A stretch of 64,000 nt of DNA, from positions 28,393-92,392 of the IMG/VR virus record IMGVR_UViG_3300034418_009484, one strand, 5' to 3'. Below, one piece after another: positions 9,535-19,654 of the stretch; the first letter of the stretch is position 1; each line of letters starts with the position of its first letter. The DNA comes from a virus. The translations under genes were made by a program, and so were the position numbers. The notes beneath the pieces are model-generated. The model saw only the letters and a list, made by a program, of their open reading frames with translations. It searched no databases and was not told the origin of the DNA.

Positions 9535-11157
9535 TTATATGCATTGATTCAATTTTTGTACACTTTTTAATAAAAAACTTCCTTTCTTTTTGTCTCTATT
9601 TCCTCTAAACAATAATATTTTTCCAATAGAAACCTTATCTTTTATTACTTTCCAATCTTCTGAAAAAACTGTGACACTATCTAAACAGCATGTATTATCA
9701 CTGATTTTTAGAAAAGCCATTACAGTGCCTTTATTTGGACCTCCTTTTATTTTCCATTCTCTAATATCTGTTACTTGTGCAGCAATAGCTATTGTTTTAC
9801 ATTCAAATCCTTTAATATATTCTCTGCAAGTACAATTAGCATCAATGATATCATATTCATCAATTTCTGAGCAAGTAAGCTCGATACCAAGAAGATCTCT
9901 TTCTTGTTTTGCTCTCCAAGACCATTTATCAATAAGTTCATATGGTGGAGACTCAAGACTTATAATAGAGCTTTTAATAAAATCTATATTTTTATCTGTC
10001 CATGCAGTTCTTCTTCTAATCTTAATATCATCAATAAGTCTTTCTAGTCCCTCTTTAAAAGTCTTAGACTTATCTTCTGATAAAAACTTCTTGTCTCTAT
10101 CTTTAATTTCTTTATAAATATTAAAGTCATAAAGCATCTTTGATCTATGTAGTCCATAACAATCAAAAACACCAGCTTTAATCATAGACTCAAATGAATT
10201 TGATTTAATAAATCTTCCAAGCCTCATTAAAAATTCTTCCCATTCCATTTCAGCTACATTAATATTATTAGTGGTAATGTAGCCGTGGAGTTGGTCGTAA
10301 ACGCTTTGCCCAACATTTTTTACATTAACGATTCCAAATGTTGGTTTATTATCAATCAATTTAAATTTAGCACTTAAATTCTTGATAGAAGGAGGAATAA
10401 TATCAATATCCATTATTCTAGCATTATTAACTAATTCGCTTATTTCATCAAACGGTTTTGGTTTACCGTCAGCATGTCTTAAATAAGAAGTAAAAAATGC
10501 TCTGGGAAAATGTGCTTTTGCATAAGCTGTTTGATATCCATTGTAAGCATAGCTAATACTATGACTTTTGTTGAATGAATATTTTTGCGATTTTTCAATC
10601 CAGCTAAAAATTTCCTCTGCTTCTTCCTCTGTAAACTTTCCTACCTCTTTTGCTCCTGTAAAAAACTCTTTCTTAACTTGAGCCATGAGGTCAACCTTTT
10701 TCTTACCAATAGCCTTTCTAAGATTGTCTGCTTGTTGCAAAGAGAATCCTGCAACTAGTTGTGCAATCTGCATAGCCTGTTCCTGATAAACCAGAATGCC
10801 ATATGTGCTTTTAAGAACAGGTTCTAGGTCGTTATGGAAATATTCAACAGGGTCTTTTTTAGATTTTCTATCAATATAATGCTGAGTTAATGATTTACCA
10901 TCAACAATAGCATCGCCGCACCCCGGCCTAATGATAGCAATAAGATCTGAAAGTTCTTCAATACTTCTTGGTTTTACTTCTTTAGCTTTGCTTTGTCCAA
11001 GTTGAGACTCAAGCTGAAAAACACCTTTTGTATTTCCTTCACATATCATATCCCATGTTCTATCACAGTCTAATGGCATATCTTCAATGTTAGGATTAAA
11101 TACAGGCAATCCCTTATCATTTTTTTCAAATTTACATCCACATGGGAATTCAATCAT
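9535..11157 (-). CDS. dnaE: DNA polymerase III alpha, C-terminal part (fingers, HhH, OB)
   Basis: GVFQLES, IIRPG, TYGILVYQEQAM, ADNLRKAIGKK, YSFNKSH, MAFLKISD. Confidence 0.95.
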   Translation of the reverse strand: MIEFPCGCKFEKNDKGLPVFNPNIEDMPLDCDRTWDMICEGNTKGVFQLESQLGQSKAKEVKPRSIEELSDLIAIIRPGCGDAIVDGKSLTQHYIDRKSKKDPVEYFHNDLEPVLKSTYGILVYQEQAMQIAQLVAGFSLQQADNLRKAIGKKKVDLMAQVKKEFFTGAKEVGKFTEEEAEEIFSWIEKSQKYSFNKSHSISYAYNGYQTAYAKAHFPRAFFTSYLRHADGKPKPFDEISELVNNARIMDIDIIPPSIKNLSAKFKLIDNKPTFGIVNVKNVGQSVYDQLHGYITTNNINVAEMEWEEFLMRLGRFIKSNSFESMIKAGVFDCYGLHRSKMLYDFNIYKEIKDRDKKFLSEDKSKTFKEGLERLIDDIKIRRRTAWTDKNIDFIKSSIISLESPPYELIDKWSWRAKQERDLLGIELTCSEIDEYDIIDANCTCREYIKGFECKTIAIAAQVTDIREWKIKGGPNKGTVMAFLKISDNTCCLDSVTVFSEDWKVIKDKVSIGKILLFRGNRDKKKGSFLLKSVQKLNQCI

Positions 11158-11843
11158 AATTCTATTCCAGAAAAACTATTTTTAAATTTGTCAACAGAAG
11201 ATTGTTTTCTATGAAATTTCATAAACCTAGTAATTATAGCAGCTTCTTCAAGAACGTCAACTAAGGCATCATGAGCCACTCCTGTAGCTTTCATGCCAAA
11301 AAACTTTCTCCAAGTATCCATCTTATAATCGAACGGTTCTTCAAGGTTTTCAAACCACCAGAACAAATTATCCATAGCATCTAGCTTAGTGACTTCTGAA
11401 AATGGCATTTTAATTTTATGTTTTTCACAAAGTCTTTTAGCTATGGGAATATCAAACCCTGTAATATTATACCCTGCGGGAATTGGTTGAGGGAACCATT
11501 GCCCAGGTTTTTTATCAACTGTATATTTTGAACACCATGTAGAAAAGTTTTTCCATGCGACTTTTTCTGTAACTCCTGTTTTCCATTTGTCTAATATTTC
11601 TTCAAAAGACACGCCATAGTTATCTGCGTGCCATTGAATTGTTTTTTCTCGCTCATCTGTTAAATATTCTTTTTTATTGATACCATCTGGTTTGATAACA
11701 ATATTAAATGATTGATCTTTTTTTACTTCTAAAGTTTCTGGATCAATAGGTACAGCGGCTAGTTGGACAGGATTACACGTTTCTCGGTCTGGAGAGTCCG
11801 TTTCAAAATCAAAACAAATAATCCATCTAGTATTTTTAGGCAT
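11154..11843 (-). CDS. DEDDh 3'-5' exonuclease (DnaQ/epsilon-like)
   Basis: FDFETD (ExoI), GYNITGFD (ExoII), HDALVD (ExoIII). Confidence 0.9.
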   Translation of the reverse strand: MPKNTRWIICFDFETDSPDRETCNPVQLAAVPIDPETLEVKKDQSFNIVIKPDGINKKEYLTDEREKTIQWHADNYGVSFEEILDKWKTGVTEKVAWKNFSTWCSKYTVDKKPGQWFPQPIPAGYNITGFDIPIAKRLCEKHKIKMPFSEVTKLDAMDNLFWWFENLEEPFDYKMDTWRKFFGMKATGVAHDALVDVLEEAAIITRFMKFHRKQSSVDKFKNSFSGIEL

Positions 11844-11871
11844 ATTTATTCTCCCTTTTATTTATATTCAT

Positions 11872-13749
11872 TTATTCTCCACTAACTATGTTTACAACAT
11901 CCATAACTTTATCTAACCCTCTAATTGCTAAACAGTCTAATTTTAAAAGTCCAACTTCCTCACAGCTTGGACCTTCAAAACCAGCCAACATTCCTTTTCC
12001 TTTATTATCTAAAACCATTGGGCAAGACTTGCTAATTGGATCATTAGAAACAACAATTCCAGCAGCGTGTTTTCCTGCAATAATTTTAGTATGCTCTATA
12101 CGAATAGCTTGCTCAAATATCTTTGCGAATCTCCCCTCTAGTTTATTATCCTTCCCTAAGTAGCACCAGTTCTTTAATTTATCTGGAGTATTTTCTAATG
12201 CCCAAATAATACTTGATGAATATCCATATTCTTCTTCGATATCTTGCAGTTCGTCTGAAACACTTGCTGGCTCAGGCAGACACTTTGTAATTGCCTTTTG
12301 TTCTTCAAAACTAATATTTCCTCTCGCCGCCATAGTTCTAGTTAATGCTGCCTTACCTTTTAATTTTTGGAATGTAATAATTTGGGCAACATTTTCTTCG
12401 CCATATTTATTTTTAATATATTCAATTGTTTCTTCTCTAGCGGCTTTAGGAATATCGAAGTCGATATCAGGCCAGGATATTTTACCAGGGGCATTTCTAC
12501 CCGCATTATAAAATCTTTCAAAGATTAGATTATATGGTATAGGATCTACCTGTGTGATACTCAAAAGATTAGAAACCATACATCCAGCAGCACTTCCTCT
12601 ACCGGGACCAGTTATATAACCCTTGCTTCTTACGAATTGAAGAATATCGTCTACAATTAAAAAATAGCTTGATAAACCGATAGATGTAAATATATCTAAT
12701 TCGTTATTAACTCTTGCTCCATATTCAGAAAATTCCTTAGATTTATTATCTATGTTTATCATCTTTTTTTTCCAACCATCTCTGCATAATTTTCTTAAAT
12801 ATTCTTCTGGATTCATATTGCCAGGACATTTAAATTCTGGAGGTTGTGGAGATTTTGTAATATCATAATCTTCACACATATCCAAAATAAGATTTGTATT
12901 TTGAAGTTCTTCGTCGGTATGAAATACTTTCATATCATCATAAGATGGTATATGATAATTATTAGACAAAAATGAAGTCTTCAAAACATTGCTTGCTGCA
13001 CCACTTTTTAATTCTCTTTGCACTTGGCTTATAGTCTTTTTTAGAGCAGTGCATAAGAGAACTCTTTGGTCCTCTGCGTCTTCTCTCCTGCAATAATGAG
13101 CATCAGGAGTTGCAACACAAGGTATATTAGTGATTTTAGAAATTTCCCTAAGAGCATTGGCTACTGTACCAGCAAATTTATTAATCTTTGAGTCGATCAA
13201 TTGAATTTCAATAAAGAAATTTCCTTTACCAAACATCAACTCTAAATCTTTAGCTTTTGCAACACCCTTTTTCATCCAGTCAGGATCTAGTCTTTCGCCT
13301 TCTGTTATTGCATTGGCTAATGTAGAGCCTAAGTGACCGCTAAATGAAACTAAGTTCTTTTGTGAAGCAACGCAAGCCAAGATATCAGTATCAATCCTTG
13401 GCTTATGATAAAAGTGTTCTTTTTTATTAGAGATAGAAACCAAGGATAATAGGTCGTTCCACCCCTTTGCATTTTTAGCTATAATAACTTGATGATTTAA
13501 TTTTCTGTTATCTTTAACTTTTTCAGTAACAAGACCATTGCAAATGTACATTTCACAACCCAACAATGGTTGAAAGCCTGATGATCTTAATTCATTTGAA
13601 AAATCAACAGCGCCGCTTACATTTCCATGATCCGTTAATGCACAAGAAGTAGAACCTATTTCTTCTATTCTATCTGATATTTCATTGCACTTGCTAAGTC
13701 CATCAAGTAGTGAGTACTCACTATGTACATGCAATGGGGTGTATTTCAT
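11872..13749 (-). CDS. dnaE: DNA polymerase III alpha, N-terminal part (PHP, palm, thumb)
   Basis: LHVHSEYSLLDG, LTDHG, GPGRGSAAG, FERF, PDIDFD, HAAG, GLLKLDCL. Confidence 0.95.
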   Translation of the reverse strand: MKYTPLHVHSEYSLLDGLSKCNEISDRIEEIGSTSCALTDHGNVSGAVDFSNELRSSGFQPLLGCEMYICNGLVTEKVKDNRKLNHQVIIAKNAKGWNDLLSLVSISNKKEHFYHKPRIDTDILACVASQKNLVSFSGHLGSTLANAITEGERLDPDWMKKGVAKAKDLELMFGKGNFFIEIQLIDSKINKFAGTVANALREISKITNIPCVATPDAHYCRREDAEDQRVLLCTALKKTISQVQRELKSGAASNVLKTSFLSNNYHIPSYDDMKVFHTDEELQNTNLILDMCEDYDITKSPQPPEFKCPGNMNPEEYLRKLCRDGWKKKMINIDNKSKEFSEYGARVNNELDIFTSIGLSSYFLIVDDILQFVRSKGYITGPGRGSAAGCMVSNLLSITQVDPIPYNLIFERFYNAGRNAPGKISWPDIDFDIPKAAREETIEYIKNKYGEENVAQIITFQKLKGKAALTRTMAARGNISFEEQKAITKCLPEPASVSDELQDIEEEYGYSSSIIWALENTPDKLKNWCYLGKDNKLEGRFAKIFEQAIRIEHTKIIAGKHAAGIVVSNDPISKSCPMVLDNKGKGMLAGFEGPSCEEVGLLKLDCLAIRGLDKVMDVVNIVSGE

Positions 13750-14212
13750 TTAATTCCTCTATCTTTATTTTGCAACAGTTAAACTTAATTTCCATACCAT
13801 TTGATTCATCAACTTCGCCTTTTTTCAGATTAATTGATTTCTTAAAATAGTCTTTTTTATCAATCCATCCAGCAATCCATGCTCTTTTTGGAACATCGTT
13901 AATAAATTGTACTCTGACAAAAATATACCTATCAAATTTTTGTCTAGAATTATAGCTTTTAACTATACATTCGTGATAAGGTTTTGGTTCAGTGTTAGTT
14001 ATATCTGTTTTTACTCTATAGGAATTTTCTTCACAGATTAAATGGTAATCTTTATTTTCTTTTTCTGAACATTCTAATATAGACTTAAGTATTTCTAATC
14101 CTATTAGATCTTTTATTGTAAAATAATCTACTGATGATTTTATTAATCCTTTTTCAAAAGCTTTTTGACAAGAATTTTTAATAATATCTTTTGTTATTTT
14201 TACTTCTAGCAT
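13721..14212 (-). CDS. Hypothetical protein, possibly a degenerate PD-(D/E)XK nuclease
   Basis: DY..VKT, DRYIFVRV, WIAGW pattern seen in phage nuclease-like proteins. Confidence 0.4.
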   Translation of the reverse strand: MLEVKITKDIIKNSCQKAFEKGLIKSSVDYFTIKDLIGLEILKSILECSEKENKDYHLICEENSYRVKTDITNTEPKPYHECIVKSYNSRQKFDRYIFVRVQFINDVPKRAWIAGWIDKKDYFKKSINLKKGEVDESNGMEIKFNCCKIKIEELNEIHPIACT

Positions 14213-15303
14213 TAGTCTTGAACCTTTCCCCCACCAGAACCATATCTTCCATGAGTATGATCTGGATGAATATAATTTTCAGTAACCCATTCAATTCCAT
14301 TCTTTTTAATCATATATCTAATTTGTTCACATTTTGTCATAATCTCACCATATTTTGTTCTTTGCCCTGGTCTTTTTTCTACAATAGGCAATACGTTTTT
14401 AGAATCTTCAAAGCTAGTCATTCCACAATGACATAAATATTTACAGAAAAATCCTTGCTTTGGATTTACTTCTGGAATAGTTTTTGGCTCTTTTGTATCT
14501 CTGATATATTCAAATCTTTTACGAATTATTTCTTCTGTTCTTTCTAAATCAGAATCTTGGTAATGCACCGTAAATGGACCTCCTTGATTGATAAAGTAGA
14601 TTGACATTAGAAATGTCTCAACATCTGGATACATATGTTTACAAGCATAATGATACAGTCTTAATTGAGGATTGTCAAACAGATTTTCTTGAGTATATTC
14701 TTTCCCTGTTGCCCAGTCTTTTCTTTGTCCAGTTTTCCAATCAATAACTTCATAGACACCATCACCTAAATCAGCTATTAAATCTATAGTCCCTTTTAGT
14801 GCTAAATTACCAGACAGTCCATGTTCTTCATAATTATACTTTGCCCAAGGTTTATCAATTTCAAAATCAAAGTGAGGCTCTGCATCAACAACATCTCTAT
14901 TTCTAGGATCAAACATTCCTTTTCTATACTTTAAGGCTTTCCATGCCCAACTAACGCAGTCTTCAAAGTCTTTATTTGTCCATGCTTTTTTACCAACATG
15001 ATAGTCAAATATTTTTATATAATGCTCATACACCCTAGCGCCAATACTGTTAAGGTATTCTGGATCATAATTGTCAGTAAATACTTCTCCGATATCCTCA
15101 TCATCAATTACTTTAATTCCTTCTTGAGATGCCTTTTTACATAGAGCGGTTATCTCTAGGATTTTGTGAGTAATTGTTCCTTTGTCTGCTTTCTTATTTC
15201 CATCTCCTCTTAAACCTAAAACATATTCTGTGTAAAATTGCATTTCACAAGTTCTATGAGAATTAAAAGAACTGCTTCTAAAATAAACTATAGGAATTCC
15301 CAT
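14212..15303 (-). CDS. PD-(D/E)XK exonuclease, Cas4/RecB/AddB-like
   Basis: GTITHKILE, GTIDLI, IDWKTG, QLRLY; N-terminal Cys plus C-terminal CKYLCHC (possible Fe-S staple). Confidence 0.85.
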   Translation of the reverse strand: MGIPIVYFRSSSFNSHRTCEMQFYTEYVLGLRGDGNKKADKGTITHKILEITALCKKASQEGIKVIDDEDIGEVFTDNYDPEYLNSIGARVYEHYIKIFDYHVGKKAWTNKDFEDCVSWAWKALKYRKGMFDPRNRDVVDAEPHFDFEIDKPWAKYNYEEHGLSGNLALKGTIDLIADLGDGVYEVIDWKTGQRKDWATGKEYTQENLFDNPQLRLYHYACKHMYPDVETFLMSIYFINQGGPFTVHYQDSDLERTEEIIRKRFEYIRDTKEPKTIPEVNPKQGFFCKYLCHCGMTSFEDSKNVLPIVEKRPGQRTKYGEIMTKCEQIRYMIKKNGIEWVTENYIHPDHTHGRYGSGGGKVQD

Positions 15304-15304
15304 A

Positions 15305-16132
15305 TTAAACTCCTAAGTCAGTTAGGTATTTACAATTTAATGAAGTTAACGCTCCATAAATAGCTTTGTTTTGTTCTGGAATATCCATTTTTGTATTGTC
15401 TATCACTTTACTACATAAGCTAAATTTAATCTTTTCGCTACTATGCTTGTCTTTTGATTTATAAATATCTCTTTTTAATCCAATAACAATACCAAGCTCA
15501 TCCTTTATCTTTTTAATTTCATTATCAAATCTTACATCTGAGATCAATGCTATTTTTGGATTATCTTCTTCTATTTTTTTCATTAAAGAATTAACCCATA
15601 TATCTTTATACATTTTACGCATTACATCCGTACCGAGGAATTGCATAAATTCGCGAGCGGTCATTGGACCTTCCCCTAATTTAATATTAAAATCTTCTGG
15701 ATTCTGAGTATACCCAGCAGCAACGCCACCTTGCCTCATTGACCATTCATGTGGAGTCATCACTCCCGGCATGTTTTCCCACAACAAATGTTCCTGTAGC
15801 TGATTCTTCTGCTCGTCTGTTCCATATACTTGAGAATGCTTAATTCCAAAAACATCTACACAGATTCTTTTAAGCTCTCCTGCCAAAGAATAAATTTTTA
15901 CATCATTAAAATTATTCATTACAGCAGCAACATTTACATCTGGTTGTCTAAATTCCATCCATTCTTTGTCATTGCTTTCTCCAAAAACATCTGAAACTTC
16001 TATAACACCCTTATCATTTAGCCTTGCCTTTTGACAAACGCCATTTTCTATCAATTTTAACATCAAGACAAAATTACAGCATGTGTCTTTTCCGCTTTGT
16101 TTTTTTCCTGCAAAACCAATTAATTGAGTCAT
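15305..16132 (-). CDS. Deoxynucleoside monophosphate kinase (T4 gp1-like)
   Basis: GFAGKKQSGKDT P-loop, TAREFMQFLGTD, ISDVRFDNE, HSSE. Confidence 0.85.
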   Translation of the reverse strand: MTQLIGFAGKKQSGKDTCCNFVLMLKLIENGVCQKARLNDKGVIEVSDVFGESNDKEWMEFRQPDVNVAAVMNNFNDVKIYSLAGELKRICVDVFGIKHSQVYGTDEQKNQLQEHLLWENMPGVMTPHEWSMRQGGVAAGYTQNPEDFNIKLGEGPMTAREFMQFLGTDVMRKMYKDIWVNSLMKKIEEDNPKIALISDVRFDNEIKKIKDELGIVIGLKRDIYKSKDKHSSEKIKFSLCSKVIDNTKMDIPEQNKAIYGALTSLNCKYLTDLGV

Positions 16133-17274
16133 TTATAAATCTCCTTTGCCTTATTAATCCAAGGTCTAATATCTTCGGTTATTTCGTTAGTATTCATTTC
16201 TCCAACATCCTGTTTATTTATATCTAAAGTATAAACACGATATGATTTTTCACATTGTTCTTTGATTTTTTGAGCAGCTTTTTGACCAGCTTCATTTTCA
16301 TCATTGTCCATTATAATTATAATCGACAATGCCCCAGATTCGTCTATTAATTGTTTTTGAGGATTGTTCAAAACTGTGCCAAACAGGGCTACAGAATTAT
16401 GTATGCCTGCTTCTTCTAGTCTCCAAACATTTCCTGGCGATTCAACTATAACAATTACTCCAGATTCTAATATATGATCTTTTGCTTTATAAAAGTTATA
16501 CAACGATTTCTCTTTTTGAAACCCTTTTGAATGCCTCCATTTTGGAAAATGATAGCATTGTTTATTTGGGTCATGATATGATTTACATTCTTTACATTGC
16601 TCAAAAATACTTCTAGCGGTAAATCCTACTATCATATCGCCATCGTCATCATAGATTGGAACAACGGCTCTGTTAAAAAATTCTTTACCATAAGTGTTAC
16701 AATTTCCAACGTCATAGTCATCTAATACCTCAATAGTATATCCTCTGTTAAGAAAATATTTTGAAGGTATTTCGACTCGCTTTCTATAAAACTCTTTATC
16801 AATAGTTCCACTTAATTTGTTTTTAGATAAAGTGTTTACAACCTTGCAAAATTCATGATTACCTACATTTAATGACTGTGATTTTATTTGTCCAAAATCT
16901 AACTTATATCTATTTAATAGAAATTCAACTGTTTCATTAAACCCAACAGTTTTGTCCCCTGGTACTTTCCAATTATATTGAACATTAGAAAGTGCGCCTC
17001 TTATCATACTAAGAAGAGAAGTTCCAAAATGTTTTTCGCAACCATGAGTTCTGCATTTAAAGTGGACCCTATAATCTGCATCGTAGTATAAATTTAATGC
17101 AGTTTTATTATCACCTCCATGTATAAAGCAATTTGAAAAAAATACTTTTTGACCTTTATGATATTCAGCTTCAAAATATTCGTAAATATCTTCAATATTA
17201 TCTAAAACTATATCAGTTAACTGATTTAATTTCCCTTGATCTTTATATTTAAAATGCGATATCTTCTTCATCAT
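16129..17274 (-). CDS. dnaG: DNA primase (CHC2 zinc domain + TOPRIM)
   Basis: CFIH..CRTHGC, RAVVPI..IVGFTAR, VESPG, MDND..GQKAA. Confidence 0.85.
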   Translation of the reverse strand: MMKKISHFKYKDQGKLNQLTDIVLDNIEDIYEYFEAEYHKGQKVFFSNCFIHGGDNKTALNLYYDADYRVHFKCRTHGCEKHFGTSLLSMIRGALSNVQYNWKVPGDKTVGFNETVEFLLNRYKLDFGQIKSQSLNVGNHEFCKVVNTLSKNKLSGTIDKEFYRKRVEIPSKYFLNRGYTIEVLDDYDVGNCNTYGKEFFNRAVVPIYDDDGDMIVGFTARSIFEQCKECKSYHDPNKQCYHFPKWRHSKGFQKEKSLYNFYKAKDHILESGVIVIVESPGNVWRLEEAGIHNSVALFGTVLNNPQKQLIDESGALSIIIIMDNDENEAGQKAAQKIKEQCEKSYRVYTLDINKQDVGEMNTNEITEDIRPWINKAKEIYK

Positions 17275-18700
17275 TTACTTCATCTTCGGTTCTACTATTG
17301 GCTAATTCTTGTGCGGTCGGACCTTCTATTAATTTAGCATAAGCTCCTTGCATCATTACATTAATATAATCGCCTCCAGACAAGCCTTCTCCATGTCTAG
17401 AAATAATTGGAACAAGTTTTCTATTACCATTAGATATTCCGTCTTGAGCTATTTCTTCGTCTGACTTTTCTTTATAAATAGTAAAATTAGAACATAGCCA
17501 CATAATCCTATCTGAACCACTTGCAGCATCTGTAGATTCCTTTGTAATACCGTCCCTATTCAATTGAATAAAAGAAAGGATAGGAATCTCGTATCTTAAA
17601 GCAAAGTTATGTAGAGAGGTCATCATGAACCCCAGAAGCTGAAATTCTTTTAGATCTGTCTTTGCTAGTTCGGATGCTTCCATAAGCTTCAGATAATCAT
17701 ATACAATAACACAATCATTTGCTTTACCTTCTGCATTCAAACCAACTGTTTTTGCCAGCCATCTTCTCATAATAGAGACTTGATCTTCAAATGCTCTGCC
17801 TCCAATATTTTTATGATAAAAGGGAATATTTTTTAGCTCTTTTGCTAATTCCAATATAGAATTCTTTTGGAATGGGTTATCTGCGAATTTTCCAGTCTCA
17901 ATTTCATTGATACTAGATTTAGCATGATTACTGAATGATGACATTGCACCGCCTCTATTCTGCTGATCTTTTTTAGTCATTTCAGTATCAAGATATAAAA
18001 CAGGAACACCTCGTTTAGCAATATCAAATCCCATATTTAAACCGATAAGACTTTTGCCAACTTTTGTCCTAGCTCCAATGACATTAACAGTCCCCTTCCT
18101 TAATCCGCCTCCAATAGCAAAATCATATTTATTAAAGCCTGTAGGAATACCAATCTGATCTACTCTATTTTCGGCTCTATCAATTAAATATTCATCTAAA
18201 TCTCCGAATAAAAGTTCTGGAGCATCGTCTTGATCGTTTAGCAAAGAAGTAAAATCAAAAATTGATTCTTCTGCCATACCAAGAATATGAGATATAGGTT
18301 CATCGCCTTTAATATGAAGATACTTTTCTTTAGTTTCTTCAAGTTGATCGTACATCATTCTAGCTATTTGAAGCTTTCTTATCTTTGCGCCAAACTTTCT
18401 TATGTTTTGAAACGCAACAGGAAACTTTAAAACAGCACCTAAATGAGATAGCTCATTATTATTCGTAAAGAATGTATCAAGACCTATTTCTTTAGCAGAA
18501 GAAAGAACAGACGCAACATCTATAACCCTTGTATCGTCTTGTTCTATTAGTCTTTTTACACACGAATAGATAACAGAATTAGAATCAACAGTGAATGTAT
18601 TTTCATTTATTATGTCTGCTACGTCATAGTAAGCTTCTGTGCCATATTTACACACACCAGCTAAAACTGCACGTTCCGCAGCAGGATCTGACAAAATCAT
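17249..18700 (-). CDS. dnaB: Replicative DNA helicase
   Basis: AERAVLAG, GIPTGF, ARTKVGKS Walker A, YDYL, QLNR, SRHG. Confidence 0.93.
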   Translation of the reverse strand: MILSDPAAERAVLAGVCKYGTEAYYDVADIINENTFTVDSNSVIYSCVKRLIEQDDTRVIDVASVLSSAKEIGLDTFFTNNNELSHLGAVLKFPVAFQNIRKFGAKIRKLQIARMMYDQLEETKEKYLHIKGDEPISHILGMAEESIFDFTSLLNDQDDAPELLFGDLDEYLIDRAENRVDQIGIPTGFNKYDFAIGGGLRKGTVNVIGARTKVGKSLIGLNMGFDIAKRGVPVLYLDTEMTKKDQQNRGGAMSSFSNHAKSSINEIETGKFADNPFQKNSILELAKELKNIPFYHKNIGGRAFEDQVSIMRRWLAKTVGLNAEGKANDCVIVYDYLKLMEASELAKTDLKEFQLLGFMMTSLHNFALRYEIPILSFIQLNRDGITKESTDAASGSDRIMWLCSNFTIYKEKSDEEIAQDGISNGNRKLVPIISRHGEGLSGGDYINVMMQGAYAKLIEGPTAQELANSRTEDEVNDEEDIAF

Positions 18701-18704
18701 TAAT

Positions 18705-19172
18705 TTATCTCCCTTGACAACAACAAGAATTGCATTTCCATCTTTCTACACTTCCCACTAGATTTCTAGAAACATTAAAATCTTTTAGGCATGTACTACA
18801 CCTTACATCTATAAGTGTACTTGGTCTTTTACCTTTTCGTTTAGGCTGGGTATTTTTTCTTGAAACTTCATCTTCTTTAGAGGCTTTTGCAAGTTCTTTT
18901 TGTTCTGTAGCGTCAAGACAAATATTTTTCATAAAATCTTCAAACTTGTTTTTTCTTTTACCTATTTTCATAGGTGTTTTTTTTGAATACTTATTTGGTT
19001 GGGCTGTTTGATTATTTTTAGATTTCTTCTTCTTTTTGTTATATCCTGAACCCCTCCTTTTTATTACATGTCTGTGTTGTTCTTCTTCTTTTTCTTCTTC
19101 TCCAATTAATTGTTTTAATTCTTCTTCACTTAATTTTTCTAATATTTTAGCAATTAATTCTTTTTTATTCAT
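18705..19172 (-). CDS. Basic hypothetical protein with C-terminal Zn ribbon
   Basis: CSTC..WKCNSC; Lys-rich. Confidence 0.6.
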   Translation of the reverse strand: MNKKELIAKILEKLSEEELKQLIGEEEKEEEQHRHVIKRRGSGYNKKKKKSKNNQTAQPNKYSKKTPMKIGKRKNKFEDFMKNICLDATEQKELAKASKEDEVSRKNTQPKRKGKRPSTLIDVRCSTCLKDFNVSRNLVGSVERWKCNSCCCQGR

Positions 19173-19654
19173 TTCATAGCCTTTGCCATTTGTAGATTCT
19201 TATAAAGATCACTCATGTTCTTAGCAGAAGATGCAAGATAAGTCAATCTATCTGCTCTTTGTTTAGCGTAATTTTTTAGCTTTAATAAATCATTTGCATA
19301 ATCATTATTTTTAACAGCTTGATTATATTGACTTTCCCAAGAGCCTCTGTATTGTAGTTCTTCACCAGCAATAGTTTTCTTTAGAAGGTTGTCTGCCCAG
19401 TTGACTCTTGACATTTCTCTATTAAAACATCTCTGGATATGAAACGAAAGACCACCAAGCATCAGTGCTGCTTCTCCACACTCTTGGATACTAAGCTTTT
19501 CTATTTGATTTCTGTCCATAGAGAGATATTTTTTAGCTTCGTCATCTATGGATTTTTCTGTAAACTTTGATAGACCTATTGATAATTCATACTCGTCTAG
19601 TATTTCATCAATCCTGTTCATCCTGCCTAGCGGTGATTTATCCGATTCAGCCAT
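19169..19654 (-). CDS. Helical/coiled-coil hypothetical protein (possible recombination mediator)
   Basis: Predicted all-helical; lies between recA and dnaB; function inferred from context only. Confidence 0.4.
   Translation of the reverse strand: MAESDKSPLGRMNRIDEILDEYELSIGLSKFTEKSIDDEAKKYLSMDRNQIEKLSIQECGEAALMLGGLSFHIQRCFNREMSRVNWADNLLKKTIAGEELQYRGSWESQYNQAVKNNDYANDLLKLKNYAKQRADRLTYLASSAKNMSDLYKNLQMAKAMK

Noticed and set aside
9535-13749. Split intein or intron in dnaE
   Set aside because: No C/S-start intein N block or HN-C/S junction; the FNKSH region is intact; the intervening ORF is a DEDDh exonuclease, not a homing endonuclease.
14212-15303. CRISPR-Cas system implied by the Cas4-like gene
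   Set aside because: No array or other cas genes; solo PD-(D/E)XK exonucleases are common in phage replication modules.
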